NCBI GenBank assembly: GCA_020720365.1
Contig: DYOU01000003.1
Coordinates: 4,719 to 68,718, forward strand
Length of the DNA stretch: 64,000 nucleotides
From: Candidatus Elulimicrobium sp.
GTDB lineage: Bacteria > Omnitrophota > Gorgyraeia > Zapsychrales > Fredricksoniimonadaceae
Direction of reading: 5' to 3'
In this document: positions 39,540-52,200 of the stretch, one piece after another
How positions within the stretch are numbered: the stretch's first letter is position 1
Layout: every line of letters begins with the position of its first letter
Program-made: the position numbers and the translations under genes
Notes under the pieces: generated by a model
What the model saw: only the letters and a program-made list of their open reading frames with translations
Told to the model about the DNA's origin: nothing
Database searches by the model: none

Positions 39540-41250
39540 TCAGGATAGAATAAGATTTCTTGACCAGCCGAACCTGAATTATTTATGGGCAGCCATTCTG
39601 GTCGAGGAGCTACGGCGGCAGGGAGTGCAATATTTTTTTCTGGCGCCAGGATCCCGTTGTGCACCTCTAGCTGCGGCGGTTGGCCGTAACAGGGACATTA
39701 TTGCCACAGTTCATTTTGATGAAAGATCTCTTGCATTTATGGCGTGTGGTTATTGTGCAGGTTCTGGAAAAGCAGCCGTATTGATTTGCACATCCGGCAC
39801 GGCTGCCGCTAATTTTCTTCCCGCCGTCATTGAAGCTTCAAAAAAGAAATTGCCTTTAATTATACTTACCGCAGACCGTCCACCGGAATTACAGAAGACG
39901 GGAGCCCCCCAAACCATTGAACAAAGTCAAATGTATAGCCCCTATGTTCGTTGGTCATTTGATTTTCCATGTCCTACAGAGGACATCCTGCCGCAATTTA
40001 TTCTTACGACAGCCGCCCAACTGATGAGCAGAACAAAAGGTGAATTGCCAGGGCCGGTGCATTTAAATTTAATGTTTCGTCTTCCTTTATCGCCGGAGGA
40101 AGATGGCAGTGATACAGCTGCTTACAGTGCATTAATCCAGGATTGGGCTGATTCAGGTCAATGCTATTCTCAATATTTTTATAACACTTCAACTTTTGCT
40201 CAGTCTTCAGTTGATGAGATAGTTGCCCGGATTGATCGAATAACGAATGGCGTGATCCTTTGCGGCAAATTATCCAGTGCAAGTGAGCAAGAGCTGATTA
40301 TCGCTTTTGCGGAGAAAACCGGTTTCCCAATATTCGCAGATATTACATCGGGCCTGCGGCTTTGTAAGAAATCAGGGAATATTATTTCATATTATGATTA
40401 TTTGATCTTGAATAAAAGAATCCAGCCACATTTTGATGGCGTTATCCATTTTGGCGGACGGATGACGTCGCAACGCTGTCATGACCTGTTAGCCAGCCTG
40501 AAGCTTAAAGAATATTTGATGGTTATTCAGCATCCGTTAAGAAGTGATCCACTTCACAAGGTAACGGCGCGCTTTATTGCAAAGCCTTCGTTATTTATAA
40601 ATGCGTTATTGCCTGTACTTTCATGCAAGAAAGATTCAGCAATACTTTCTTCTTTAAAGAGTGAAGATTTGCTGGCAGATAAAGCAATGGACCAGCAAAT
40701 ACTTGCGGGGGGGTTATCTGAAAGAGCCGCTGTACGCCTTCTTTCTCAAATCATCCCCGATGGCCACGGGGTATTTCTAAGTAACAGCATGCCTGTCAGA
40801 CTGATGGATACATTTGCATCGGCAGGAGGGAATTCACTCATTGTTGGGGCCAATAGAGGTGCCTCGGGTATCGATGGGATCATTTCTTCAGCTATCGGGT
40901 TCGCACAAGGGATCAATCAAATGACAACATTGATCATCGGAGACCTTGCTTTTCTCTGTGATATCAATGGTTTGTCACTCTTAAGCGCCATCCCTTGCAA
41001 GATCATTATTATTATTTTTAATAATAATGGAGGGCAAATATTCTCAACACTTCCTATAGCTTCAGACAAGGAAGTTTTGGAGAAATTCTTTATTGTTCCA
41101 CATGGGTTATCTTTTAGTGCGATCGCCCAAACCTTCAATATTCGATTTTCTTTGCCTACCACTATAGAAGATTTTAAAACTTTTTATTTGGCAGCCTTGA
41201 AGAGTGATCAGTCCACTGTTATTGAAATTAATTCAAGCATGAGGTTATAA
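39529..41250 (+). CDS. menD: 2-succinyl-5-enolpyruvyl-6-hydroxy-3-cyclohexene-1-carboxylate (SEPHCHC) synthase
   Basis: 573 aa ThDP enzyme with LICTSGTAAANFLPAVIEA and GDLAFLCDINGL. Confidence 0.85.
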   Translation: MRVDQDRIRFLDQPNLNYLWAAILVEELRRQGVQYFFLAPGSRCAPLAAAVGRNRDIIATVHFDERSLAFMACGYCAGSGKAAVLICTSGTAAANFLPAVIEASKKKLPLIILTADRPPELQKTGAPQTIEQSQMYSPYVRWSFDFPCPTEDILPQFILTTAAQLMSRTKGELPGPVHLNLMFRLPLSPEEDGSDTAAYSALIQDWADSGQCYSQYFYNTSTFAQSSVDEIVARIDRITNGVILCGKLSSASEQELIIAFAEKTGFPIFADITSGLRLCKKSGNIISYYDYLILNKRIQPHFDGVIHFGGRMTSQRCHDLLASLKLKEYLMVIQHPLRSDPLHKVTARFIAKPSLFINALLPVLSCKKDSAILSSLKSEDLLADKAMDQQILAGGLSERAAVRLLSQIIPDGHGVFLSNSMPVRLMDTFASAGGNSLIVGANRGASGIDGIISSAIGFAQGINQMTTLIIGDLAFLCDINGLSLLSAIPCKIIIIIFNNNGGQIFSTLPIASDKEVLEKFFIVPHGLSFSAIAQTFNIRFSLPTTIEDFKTFYLAALKSDQSTVIEINSSMRL

Positions 41251-41990
41251 TGCATATTCTTTTAACAAATGATGATGGTATCAGTGCTCCTGGGATCGTT
41301 TCTTTTTATCGAAAACTCCAGCAAATCGCCAGAGTCACAATTGTGGCCCCCGATGGAGAACGTAGTGCGATCTCTCAGGCGATAACGTTAGATCACCCTC
41401 TCTATCATAAACAAGTGCCGTTTTTTAAACAGGTCAAAGGACATGCGTTGAGCGGCACACCTGCTGATTGTGTCAAGTTTGCTTTGGCGGTTCTTTTAAG
41501 AAAGGATAAACCGGACATCATTGTTTCTGGTATTAACCGAGGAGGAAATGATGGCTGCAGTGTTTTTTATTCGGGAACTGTAGCCGCTGCACGTGAAGGA
41601 GCTCTTTCTGGGATCCCTTCGATCGCCGTATCCTTGAATGATTGGGATAATCCTGATTATCGTCAATCAGCTGTTGTTGGCGTTAAGATTGTTCGTTTGA
41701 TAACGGCACAAAGATTACCTTCAGGTACATTTCTTAATGTAAACGTTCCTTCAGGCCGTCACAAAGGGATTCGTTGGACGAATCAATGCCGAGTGCCTAT
41801 TCACGGTGAATTTCATCGCAAAAAAGACCCGGGAGGGCGTGAGTATTTCTGGATGACAGGACGGCCTCCAGCCAACGAAAAAGAAAAGTTCTCAGATTCC
41901 TATCTTTTAGCGCGAAGATTTGCTACAGTAACCCCTGTACATTGCGATTCAACCGATTATAATATGTTAAAATACTATGATAACTCCTGA
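41250..41990 (+). CDS. surE: 5'/3'-nucleotidase SurE
   Basis: Contains MHILLTNDDGISAPGI, GINRGGN and YSGTVAAAREG. Confidence 0.9.
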   Translation: MHILLTNDDGISAPGIVSFYRKLQQIARVTIVAPDGERSAISQAITLDHPLYHKQVPFFKQVKGHALSGTPADCVKFALAVLLRKDKPDIIVSGINRGGNDGCSVFYSGTVAAAREGALSGIPSIAVSLNDWDNPDYRQSAVVGVKIVRLITAQRLPSGTFLNVNVPSGRHKGIRWTNQCRVPIHGEFHRKKDPGGREYFWMTGRPPANEKEKFSDSYLLARRFATVTPVHCDSTDYNMLKYYDNS

Positions 41991-43086
41991 ACAAATCCTC
42001 AATGCGAAGATTCTGATTATCGAAGATAATAAAGAAAGCCGCATTATTTTGAAAAGTATTTTGTTAGCAGCAGGCTTTGTTCATATCCGCTGTTTACCTA
42101 ATGCGACCCGATTCGCGAATGTTTATCGTTCATATAAACCTGACATTCTCGCCTTGGATCTGGTTATGCCTAAAGTGAGCGGGTTTGATGTCATGAATCG
42201 ACTGCGTCGTGAGTATCCGGAAGATTATTTGCCGATCATTGTTATTTCAAGTGAATCAGATGATACTATTCATTTAAGGGCATTGTCTGCAGGCGCCAAA
42301 GATTTTATCAGTAAGCCTTATGACAGGGCTAAAGTTATTTTGCGTTGCAAGAATTTGATCGAAACCAATCTTCTTCATAACGAAATCAAGAATAAAAACA
42401 AGAATTTAGCTCAAATTATCTATGAGCGTACCGCTGAACTCCATCAAAGCCGTTTAGATGTGATTCGTCGTTTAGGGTATGCCGCAGAGTATAGGGATAG
42501 TGATACAGGTGATCATATCGACCGTATGAGCCGTTATTGTGAGGCATTAGCACGTGCTTTAAATAGTAGTGAAGAAGAATGCGAATTGATTCTCGCTACG
42601 ACACCGCTCCATGACGTAGGTAAGATTGCTATTCCTGACAGCATTCTCTTAAAGCCAGGAGCTTTAACGCCTCAAGAATTTGACGTGATGCGCACACATG
42701 CCCAAATAGGTGCTGATATCTTATCAGGAGGGACATCGCCATTCCTCAAGATGGCAGAAACAGTGGCATTAACACATCATGAAAGATGGGATGGTAAGGG
42801 GTATCCTCAAGGCTTAAAGGGAGAAGAGATACCTTTGGTTGGTCGTATTTGTGCTGTTTGTGATGTTTTTGACGCTTTAACATCTGAGCGCCCGTATAAA
42901 AAAGCTTGGGCATTTGATGCTGCTGTCAAAGAAATCAAACGTATGCGTGGGACGTATTTTGATCCTGCTGTTGTGGATGGATTTATTAATATTATTGCAC
43001 AGATCAAGCTCATTAACCGAGATGTTAACGAGTTAGGCCGTTCACGCTCACGTCGTTCAAGGGTTACGCCTGCAGAAGTTCGGTAA
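41977..43086 (+). CDS. Response regulator with HD-GYP c-di-GMP phosphodiesterase domain (RpfG-like)
   Basis: REC domain (ILIIEDN ... ILALDLVMPKVSG ... KDFISKP), then HDVGKIAIPD and HHERWDGKGYP. Confidence 0.85.
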   Translation: MITPEQILNAKILIIEDNKESRIILKSILLAAGFVHIRCLPNATRFANVYRSYKPDILALDLVMPKVSGFDVMNRLRREYPEDYLPIIVISSESDDTIHLRALSAGAKDFISKPYDRAKVILRCKNLIETNLLHNEIKNKNKNLAQIIYERTAELHQSRLDVIRRLGYAAEYRDSDTGDHIDRMSRYCEALARALNSSEEECELILATTPLHDVGKIAIPDSILLKPGALTPQEFDVMRTHAQIGADILSGGTSPFLKMAETVALTHHERWDGKGYPQGLKGEEIPLVGRICAVCDVFDALTSERPYKKAWAFDAAVKEIKRMRGTYFDPAVVDGFINIIAQIKLINRDVNELGRSRSRRSRVTPAEVR

Positions 43087-43121
43087 ATTCTTGATAGCAG
43101 GGTACTTTTTAGTGTACTTAT

Positions 43122-43149
43122 TTGACAAAGAATGCTTTAGTGCTATATT
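43122..43149 (+). promoter_or_regulatory. Candidate sigma70-like promoter of the atp operon
   Basis: TTGACA (43122-43127), a 16-nt spacer, then TATATT (43144-43149). It lies about 110 nt upstream of atpB. Confidence 0.4.
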
Positions 43150-43256
43150 AATTTTTTAAATTAATTTTTCATAATTCTTCAGTTGTTGGCAGATCATTCA
43201 TACAGCTTAAGATCGGATCTGATCAAGAAGATGACAACAGGTTTTATTTATTTTTT

Positions 43257-44021
43257 ATGTCTACTGAGGCTGTCCAACAATCTTCTGTTTTAGAACTTCC
43301 GAACTTTATCGGTCTGGCGGCCGAATTAAATCATAATAATGCTTTGGGGCATTTCCTTCATCGTTGGGAAAGTGCGCTTTATGCGTTAATAGTTATCGGG
43401 ATCCTTTCAACAATAGCTTTCTTTGCGACCAGAAAACTCGAACTGGCACCTGGGCGTATGCAAAGTGGCGCTGAGTTTATCGTTTCATTTATTGATGATT
43501 TCGTGTGCAGTATCCTTGGGGAACGAGGGCATCAGTATACGCCTTTCATCGGGACGCTCTTCTTATATATTCTGGCGATGAATTATATCGGACTCATTCC
43601 GTTCTTTAAATCTCCGACAGCTGATTTGTCGACTACAGTAGGGTTAGCACTTATTGTCTTCTTCTATATTCAATATACGGCATTTAAAGAGTTGGGGTTC
43701 AAAGGGTATGCCGATCATTTAATGGGGCAGCCCAGGGGGATGATTGCTGCTACGCTTATTATGCCTGTTTTTATGTTTGTTTTACATGTGGTGAGTGAGT
43801 TAGTTCGCCCTATTAGTCTATCTTTACGTTTGCGGAGTAATATTTATGGCGATGATGTTATTCTTGCTTTATTTGCAAGCTGGGGATTGAAAGATGGTTT
43901 CCTGTGGTTATTCCCCAATTTTTTGCTTGTTCTTTTAACGTCGACTATTCAGGCAGCTGTTTTTAGTATATTAACTTTAGTGTATTTCTCTTTGGTCATG
44001 AAGCATGGCGAAGAGCATTAG
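43257..44021 (+). CDS. atpB: F0F1 ATP synthase subunit a
   Basis: 254 aa and polytopic, with the essential Arg in LSLRLRSNIYGDD. Confidence 0.9.
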   Translation: MSTEAVQQSSVLELPNFIGLAAELNHNNALGHFLHRWESALYALIVIGILSTIAFFATRKLELAPGRMQSGAEFIVSFIDDFVCSILGERGHQYTPFIGTLFLYILAMNYIGLIPFFKSPTADLSTTVGLALIVFFYIQYTAFKELGFKGYADHLMGQPRGMIAATLIMPVFMFVLHVVSELVRPISLSLRLRSNIYGDDVILALFASWGLKDGFLWLFPNFLLVLLTSTIQAAVFSILTLVYFSLVMKHGEEH

Positions 44022-44044
44022 TCATCATTAAACAGGAGGATCAA

Positions 44045-44278
44045 ATGGATTTTCATGCGGCTTTAGCTATTGGGTTACCAGTCGGTTTAGGATTAACTGC
44101 GCTCGGTGTTGGTATAGGTCTTGGAAATGCTGTTTCAAGCGCGCTTCAAGCCTTGGGCCGTCAGCCAGATGCCATCGGCAAAATCATGACATTAATGCTT
44201 CTTGGTGCAGCTTTAATTGAAACGATCATTTTCTATGTTTTAGCGTTCGTCATATTTCCTCTTGTTGGAAAAATATGA
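44045..44278 (+). CDS. atpE: F0F1 ATP synthase subunit c
   Basis: 77 aa helical hairpin with polar loop RQPD and the ion-binding carboxylate in GAALIETIIF. Confidence 0.9.
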   Translation: MDFHAALAIGLPVGLGLTALGVGIGLGNAVSSALQALGRQPDAIGKIMTLMLLGAALIETIIFYVLAFVIFPLVGKI

Positions 44279-44316
44279 TCTTGCCCTGAGGCAACCACTC
44301 AGGAAAAAGGACTGAT

Positions 44317-44832
44317 ATGGATATATTAAAATTGATCAATTTTCAAATGGTACTTGCACAAGTTGTTTGTTTCTTTCTTGTTTTGTTGTTACTCAGGCAT
44401 TTCTTGTGGAAGCCAGTTTTTTCTGTGCTTGAAGAGCGTCGGGCAAAGGTTAAAGCCGACCTTAAAGCTGTTGAAGATGCCAAACAAGAAGTGTTGAAAT
44501 TAAAGAATGATTATGCAGCCTCTTTAGCCAAAATCGATGAAACGGCTCAACAGAAGATGCGGGATATTGAACGCCAGTCTGAGATGAGGTCAAAAGAACT
44601 AAAAGATAAAGCCCGGCTTGAAGCTGATGCGATCATTGAAGATTCCCGTAAAGAGATCCGTTTTGAAATGTCGAAAGCGAAAGAAGCTTTACGTAATGAT
44701 GTTGTTAACATGGTTATTACTGTTACAGAAAGAATGATCCAGGAAAAGCTTACGTTTGATAGTGATAAAAAAATTATTGAGTCAATGTTAACTGAAATGG
44801 ATGTTGCTGATGCGCGATCAGATAGTCGTTAA
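44317..44832 (+). CDS. atpF: F0F1 ATP synthase subunit b
   Basis: 171 aa with a single N-terminal TM helix followed by a long charged helix. Operon position supports the call. Confidence 0.85.
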   Translation: MDILKLINFQMVLAQVVCFFLVLLLLRHFLWKPVFSVLEERRAKVKADLKAVEDAKQEVLKLKNDYAASLAKIDETAQQKMRDIERQSEMRSKELKDKARLEADAIIEDSRKEIRFEMSKAKEALRNDVVNMVITVTERMIQEKLTFDSDKKIIESMLTEMDVADARSDSR

Positions 44833-45355
44833 GCGCTACGCGAAGGCGTACATTGATTTTGCACAACCCAAGATCGGCGTTGATCAGTGTGTGAAAGAGA
44901 TGGTCAGTCTCAAAAAGTTATTACGTGAAGAGCGTGATTTAGAGGATTTTTTAAAAGCTCCAGGGATCCAACGTTCGGAAAAAGTTCGTATATTAAATCT
45001 TGTATTAAAAGACAATTTCTCTGAAGAGACCATTACTTTCATAGATTATTTGATCCTTAAAAGAAGAATTCTGAATCTTGTAGATATCGCCAATGAAGTC
45101 CGTTTAAAATTCGCCCATGGGGAATTGATTGATATCGTCCTGCGAACAACTTTCCCGTTGGAACTTGACCTTGTTCTGCGGATTAAAGAGAAACTTGAAG
45201 CAAAATTAAATAAGAAAACAAATCTATATTTAGAGCTTGATCCAGATTTACTGGGTGGTGTTCAAATTGTTATTGGGAATACCGTTATTGATGGTTCGGT
45301 GCGTAACCGTCTTTTTCAACTTAAGAAAAAGCTGCTCCAATCTCAGGTGATATGA
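44801..45355 (+). CDS. atpH: F0F1 ATP synthase subunit delta (OSCP)
   Basis: 184 aa. RYAKAY at the N-terminus and [20 protein letters not shown] at the C-terminus. The alternative ATG at 44810 is equally possible. Confidence 0.85.
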   Translation: MLLMRDQIVVKRYAKAYIDFAQPKIGVDQCVKEMVSLKKLLREERDLEDFLKAPGIQRSEKVRILNLVLKDNFSEETITFIDYLILKRRILNLVDIANEVRLKFAHGELIDIVLRTTFPLELDLVLRIKEKLEAKLNKKTNLYLELDPDLLGGVQIVIGNTVIDGSVRNRLFQLKKKLLQSQVI

Positions 45356-45356
45356 T

Positions 45357-46880
45357 ATGAGTATTCTAAGACCAGAAGAAATTACGTCCATTATTCAAAA
45401 AGAATTAGATAATTTTAAAACTCATTTGCGTACAGATTCAGTAGGAACTGTCCTGCAAGTGGGTGATGCGATTGCCCGTATTTACGGCCTTGACGATGTC
45501 ATGGTCGGTGAAATCGTTGAATTTCCTAATGATGTCTTTGGAATGGCGGTTAATCTCGAGGAAGATAGTATTGGTGTTATCATTTTTGGAAAAGATAATG
45601 CGGATCGTTTGATCAAGGAAGGCGACACGGTTAAACGTACCGGTAAAGTTGTCCAGGTTCCTGTAGGAGAGGCTCTTAAAGGCCGTGTTGTAAATGCTCT
45701 TGGGGTTCCTATTGATGGCCATGGGCCAATTATTACAGATAAATACCGGGCTATTGAATTTAATGCTCCCGACGTAGTCTCACGTCAACCAATCAATACG
45801 CCCTTACAAACAGGGATCAAGTCTGTTGATTCAATGATCCCGATCGGACGTGGCCAAAGAGAATTGATCATTGGCGATCGTCAAACGGGGAAGACCGCGA
45901 TCGCGATCGATACGATCATTAATCAAAAAGGCAAAGATGTTTATTGTATTTATGTCGCTATTGGGCAAAAGATTTCCAGTATCGTTGCTGTGGTGGAAAC
46001 TTTAAAAAAATATGGGGCCATGGAATATACAACGGTTGTCAGTGCGTCTTCCCGAGCGACTGCGTCATCCCAATATTTGGCTCCTTATGCGGCCTGTGCT
46101 ATCGGTGAAGAACAAATGTTTGCAGGCAAAGACGTGCTTGTTATTTATGACGATCTCTCCAAGCATGCGCAAGCTTACCGTCAATTATCTCTTTTATTAA
46201 GACGTCCGCCGGGACGTGAGGCGTATCCAGGAGATATTTTTTATCTTCATTCACGTTTGCTTGAACGAGCGGCCAAATTGTCAGATAAATTAGGAGGAGG
46301 TTCACTAACGGCATTACCGATCATTGAAACGCAGGGGGGCGACATTACCAGTTATATCCCAACAAACGTTATATCTATTACGGATGGGCAAATTTATTTA
46401 GAAGCAGATTTGTTTTACTCCGGTGTTCGTCCGGCTATTAATGTTGGACTTTCTGTTTCTCGTGTTGGCGGTAAAGGACAAGCCAAGGCTATGCGTAAAG
46501 TTTCCGGGAAGTTGCGGCTAGACCTTGCGCAATACAGAGAACTGGTTACATTTCTTCAATTTGGTTCCGAATTGGATAAAGCCACTCAGGATCAAATTAC
46601 CCGAGGAGAGAGAATTGTAGAGATCTTGAAACAAGGACAGTACGAACCCCTTTCTCTTGGGAAACAAATCATGATCATTTTTGCGGGCGTCAATGGATAC
46701 CTTGATGATCTGACAGTGGAAGAAGTGCGGCGGTTTGAAGCCCTATTCTTTGCCTATATTAGTCGAGCGATGCCTTCTTTGGAAGGCGATATTGAGAAGG
46801 CTGGGGACCTTTCAACCGAAAATTCGGAAGTGTTAAAAGAGACGATCAGAAAATTCAAGGATGAATCCTTTAAAAAATAA
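45357..46880 (+). CDS. atpA: F0F1 ATP synthase subunit alpha
   Basis: Walker A GDRQTGKT and typical alpha motifs ([28 protein letters not shown]). Confidence 0.95.
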   Translation: MSILRPEEITSIIQKELDNFKTHLRTDSVGTVLQVGDAIARIYGLDDVMVGEIVEFPNDVFGMAVNLEEDSIGVIIFGKDNADRLIKEGDTVKRTGKVVQVPVGEALKGRVVNALGVPIDGHGPIITDKYRAIEFNAPDVVSRQPINTPLQTGIKSVDSMIPIGRGQRELIIGDRQTGKTAIAIDTIINQKGKDVYCIYVAIGQKISSIVAVVETLKKYGAMEYTTVVSASSRATASSQYLAPYAACAIGEEQMFAGKDVLVIYDDLSKHAQAYRQLSLLLRRPPGREAYPGDIFYLHSRLLERAAKLSDKLGGGSLTALPIIETQGGDITSYIPTNVISITDGQIYLEADLFYSGVRPAINVGLSVSRVGGKGQAKAMRKVSGKLRLDLAQYRELVTFLQFGSELDKATQDQITRGERIVEILKQGQYEPLSLGKQIMIIFAGVNGYLDDLTVEEVRRFEALFFAYISRAMPSLEGDIEKAGDLSTENSEVLKETIRKFKDESFKK

Positions 46881-46883
46881 CTT

Positions 46884-49146
<2,263 letters not shown>

Positions 49147-49149
49147 AGT

Positions 49150-49458
49150 ATGGTTAAAACATTTCATGTTTCGATCGTTACTCCAGAGCTAATATTATTT
49201 GAAGGTGATATCGCCTATCTTTTTGTACCTGGAGGTGCTGGTAGTATGGGGATTTTACCCGATCACGCAGGATTATTATCATCATTAGTCCCAGGAGCTT
49301 TTGAATTAAGGCTGCCAATTACTGCAGATAATCCTCAATCAAAGAGTATTTCATTTATCACTCAAAAATCAGGTTTTATTGAAGTCAGCAAGAATGTTGT
49401 ATCAATTCTCCTGGATGCAGCCGATTCTTATACTATCACTGCGCAACAGATTACTTAA
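49150..49458 (+). CDS. atpC: F0F1 ATP synthase subunit epsilon, short form
   Basis: 102 aa with N-terminal beta-sandwich motifs (VSIVTPE, GSMGILPDHAGLLSSL). The ORF ends soon after the sandwich. Confidence 0.85.
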   Translation: MVKTFHVSIVTPELILFEGDIAYLFVPGGAGSMGILPDHAGLLSSLVPGAFELRLPITADNPQSKSISFITQKSGFIEVSKNVVSILLDAADSYTITAQQIT

Positions 49459-49502
49459 TTTTAATAACATTTTAAACGATTATTAGATGAGTTATTTGTT
49501 GA

Positions 49503-50876
49503 ATGAATATTACTTACTATATCACCAAGCATTTTTTTCGTAACCCAACACGCGTTGCTGTTACAACATTTTTTTTGTTGATAACAGCAGGGACCCTTCT
49601 TCTTCAAATGCCCTGGGCCACAGTTTCAGGGGATATTTCCTTGATTAATGCTTTCTTTACATCCGTTTCCGCTTGTAGCGTTACAGGCCTCGGAGTTGTT
49701 GATACGGGAACATATTTTTCTCTTCAAGGTCAATTGATCATCCTTCTGCTCGTGCAAGTAGGTGGTGTGGGTATAATGACATTTTCGACATTATTTCTTT
49801 TAATGGCTGGCCGTAAACCGGGCATTGTAGGAGGACAGACACTTAAAGATACCTATACACAGACAGGAGATAGACATCCGGCAGATATTCTACATGATGT
49901 TTTAATATTTACTTTCTTTATTGAATTAATAGGTGTTGCGTTACTTTTTATGAGATTTGCACAGCAATATCCCTTGGATAAGGCATTGTATTTTGCAGTA
50001 TTTCATGCAATATGTGCTTTTTGTAATGCTGGTTTCTCTGTTTTCTCTAATAGTTTCATCGACTATGGATCCGATTGGTTTGTAGGTCTTACCCTTGCTA
50101 TTCTTATTATCTTGGGGGGGCTAGGATTTTTAGTATTTTCTGACATTAAACGCGCAGTCCTTTCAAAAAACCGTTTTTGGAAAGAGATAAGCCTACAAAC
50201 AAAAATTGTGGTTGTAGCAACATTCTTCCTTCTTTTTTTCAGTACTTTTGTTTTATTTTGGATGGAAAAAAACCATACACTTGTTCATTTATCTTTAAAC
50301 GAACAGATTCTTACGTCTTTCTTTCAAGCTGTGACAGCACGAACCGCCGGATTTAATTCTGTTCATGTTGAAATGATGGCAAACGAAAGTTTATTGTTTC
50401 TTATTATTTTAATGTTTATTGGCGCTGGTCCAGGGTCTACGGCAGGTGGTATCAAGGTCACAACGGCCAGCGTCCTTATTTTATTGGGAATAGCTCATTT
50501 AAAAGGTGATGAAAGGCCAAACATATTTTATCGCTCTATCAGCAAAGCCTCTATCGGTAAAGCCATGAGCACTGTCTTATTAAGTATGATTGTTGTAGTA
50601 TTGGTAGCCATTCTTCTTCAAATATCCGAAGAGGGTAATCCGGCTCTCCCGCCGGGTCATGGTAAATTCTTGGATTTAGCTTTTGAAGTGACGAGTGCTT
50701 TTGGCACAGTGGGGTTATCAACGGGTATCACCGCAAAATTGAGTGATATTGGAAAATTCTTGTTAACAACAATGATGATTACAGGTAAACTCGGTATGCT
50801 TACGTTAGCATTAGCGATTAGTCAGCGAAAGATCAAGAAGTACTATTATGCTGAAGAAAATATCATGATCTCATAA
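49503..50876 (+). CDS. ktrB: TrkH/KtrB-family potassium transporter membrane subunit
   Basis: 457 aa and polytopic, with repeated pore-loop glycine motifs (CSVTGLG, CNAGFS, RTAGFN, FGTVGLS). Confidence 0.85.
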   Translation: MNITYYITKHFFRNPTRVAVTTFFLLITAGTLLLQMPWATVSGDISLINAFFTSVSACSVTGLGVVDTGTYFSLQGQLIILLLVQVGGVGIMTFSTLFLLMAGRKPGIVGGQTLKDTYTQTGDRHPADILHDVLIFTFFIELIGVALLFMRFAQQYPLDKALYFAVFHAICAFCNAGFSVFSNSFIDYGSDWFVGLTLAILIILGGLGFLVFSDIKRAVLSKNRFWKEISLQTKIVVVATFFLLFFSTFVLFWMEKNHTLVHLSLNEQILTSFFQAVTARTAGFNSVHVEMMANESLLFLIILMFIGAGPGSTAGGIKVTTASVLILLGIAHLKGDERPNIFYRSISKASIGKAMSTVLLSMIVVVLVAILLQISEEGNPALPPGHGKFLDLAFEVTSAFGTVGLSTGITAKLSDIGKFLLTTMMITGKLGMLTLALAISQRKIKKYYYAEENIMIS

Positions 50877-50887
50877 CGGAGAATATT

Positions 50888-51544
50888 ATGAAACAGATTG
50901 TCATTATAGGATTAGGTAACTTTGGATATTATTTGGCTAAAGAGTTATCTCTTAAAGGTCATGAAATTATTGCGATAGATAAAAGTCAGCTTAAAGTTCA
51001 GAATGCTCAGGAATTCGTTGCGCAAGCCATTGTCGCAGATGCCACAGACATGATGGCTCTCCAATCGATTGGCGTGGATTCTGCGGATTTAGTTGTTATT
51101 TGCATTGGGTCTAACTTAAGTGATTCAATACTAACGACATTAAACGTGAAAGATATGGGCATTAAAAAAATTTATGCCAAGGCTCTTGGTGAATCCCACG
51201 GTAGGATATTAGAAAAGTTGGGGGCCAGTGAGATATTCTTTCCGGAAAAAGATTTAGCTATGGTGATTGCAAGAAAGATTCATAATCCTAATATGATAGA
51301 TTATATACCTTTTATTGAAGGGTATACTATCGTTGAAATCGCTCCACCTAAACATTTTATAGGAAAACGTCTTAGAGATATGAATTTGATCAATCAGTTT
51401 TCCGTTCAAATTATAGCAGTAAAAGATGTATTAACTGATGTTGTTAATATTGTTCCTACAGGGGAATATATGGTAAAAGACAGTGATATTCTTATTTTAC
51501 TTGGGAAAAAAGAAAATATTGACAGGGTGCGTGAGATTTCTTGA
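50888..51544 (+). CDS. ktrA: TrkA/KtrA potassium uptake regulatory subunit (RCK domain)
   Basis: 218 aa with Rossmann motif IIGLGNFGYYLAKEL and an RCK_C-like tail. Confidence 0.85.
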   Translation: MKQIVIIGLGNFGYYLAKELSLKGHEIIAIDKSQLKVQNAQEFVAQAIVADATDMMALQSIGVDSADLVVICIGSNLSDSILTTLNVKDMGIKKIYAKALGESHGRILEKLGASEIFFPEKDLAMVIARKIHNPNMIDYIPFIEGYTIVEIAPPKHFIGKRLRDMNLINQFSVQIIAVKDVLTDVVNIVPTGEYMVKDSDILILLGKKENIDRVREIS

Positions 51545-51600
51545 CATTTTTAATAAAACGAGTAAAAATAAAGTAGAACTTATAGAGAAAAGAGAATATT

Positions 51601-52185
51601 ATGTCAAATGAAAGACCTTTAACTACCGGTGAAATTGCAGAATTATGTCATGTTCATTTAAGAACAGTCCTGCAATGGATTCATGATGGTAAAATGAAAG
51701 CCTATCGTACGCCAGGTAATCATAGCCGCGTGCAGGTGGCTGATTTTATTGAATTTCTTAAACATTTTAATATGCCTGTTCCTGAAATCCTCTCTGTGAG
51801 AGGTACTACGAGAAAGATTTTGATCGTCGATGATGATGCCAGCATGGTTGGTTCAGTAAAAAGACTGTTGAAGAAAAATAATTTGTTTGAAATTGATGTT
51901 GCTTACGATGGGTTTGAGGCCGGAATTAAGTTGTTATTGTTCAAGCCAGAATTAATCATACTTGATATGAGAATGCCTGGAATGAATGGTTATGAAGTTG
52001 CTCAAAAAGTTAAGCGTTCTCCGAATTGTCAGAATACTATTATTGTTGGAGTTTCTGCTTATTTTGATGATGCTGATAAAAAGAAACTTCTCGATATCGG
52101 TGTGGATGTATGCTTTGATAAACCATTCAATTCAGACGTCTTTCTTGATCAGATTCAAACATTACTAGGCATAACTAAAGCATGA
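51601..52185 (+). CDS. Response regulator with N-terminal excisionase/MerR-type HTH followed by a receiver domain
   Basis: HTH LTTGEIAELCHVHLRTVLQWIHDGKMKAY, then REC (ILIVDDDASM ... LIILDMRMPGMNG ... FDKP). Confidence 0.75.
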   Translation: MSNERPLTTGEIAELCHVHLRTVLQWIHDGKMKAYRTPGNHSRVQVADFIEFLKHFNMPVPEILSVRGTTRKILIVDDDASMVGSVKRLLKKNNLFEIDVAYDGFEAGIKLLLFKPELIILDMRMPGMNGYEVAQKVKRSPNCQNTIIVGVSAYFDDADKKKLLDIGVDVCFDKPFNSDVFLDQIQTLLGITKA

Positions 52186-52200
52186 ACGTGAGTTAGTCAT

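Noticed and set aside
49459-49502. Possible c-di-AMP (ydaO/kimA-type) riboswitch ahead of ktrB
   Set aside because: The intergenic spacer is only 44 nt and has no paired structure.
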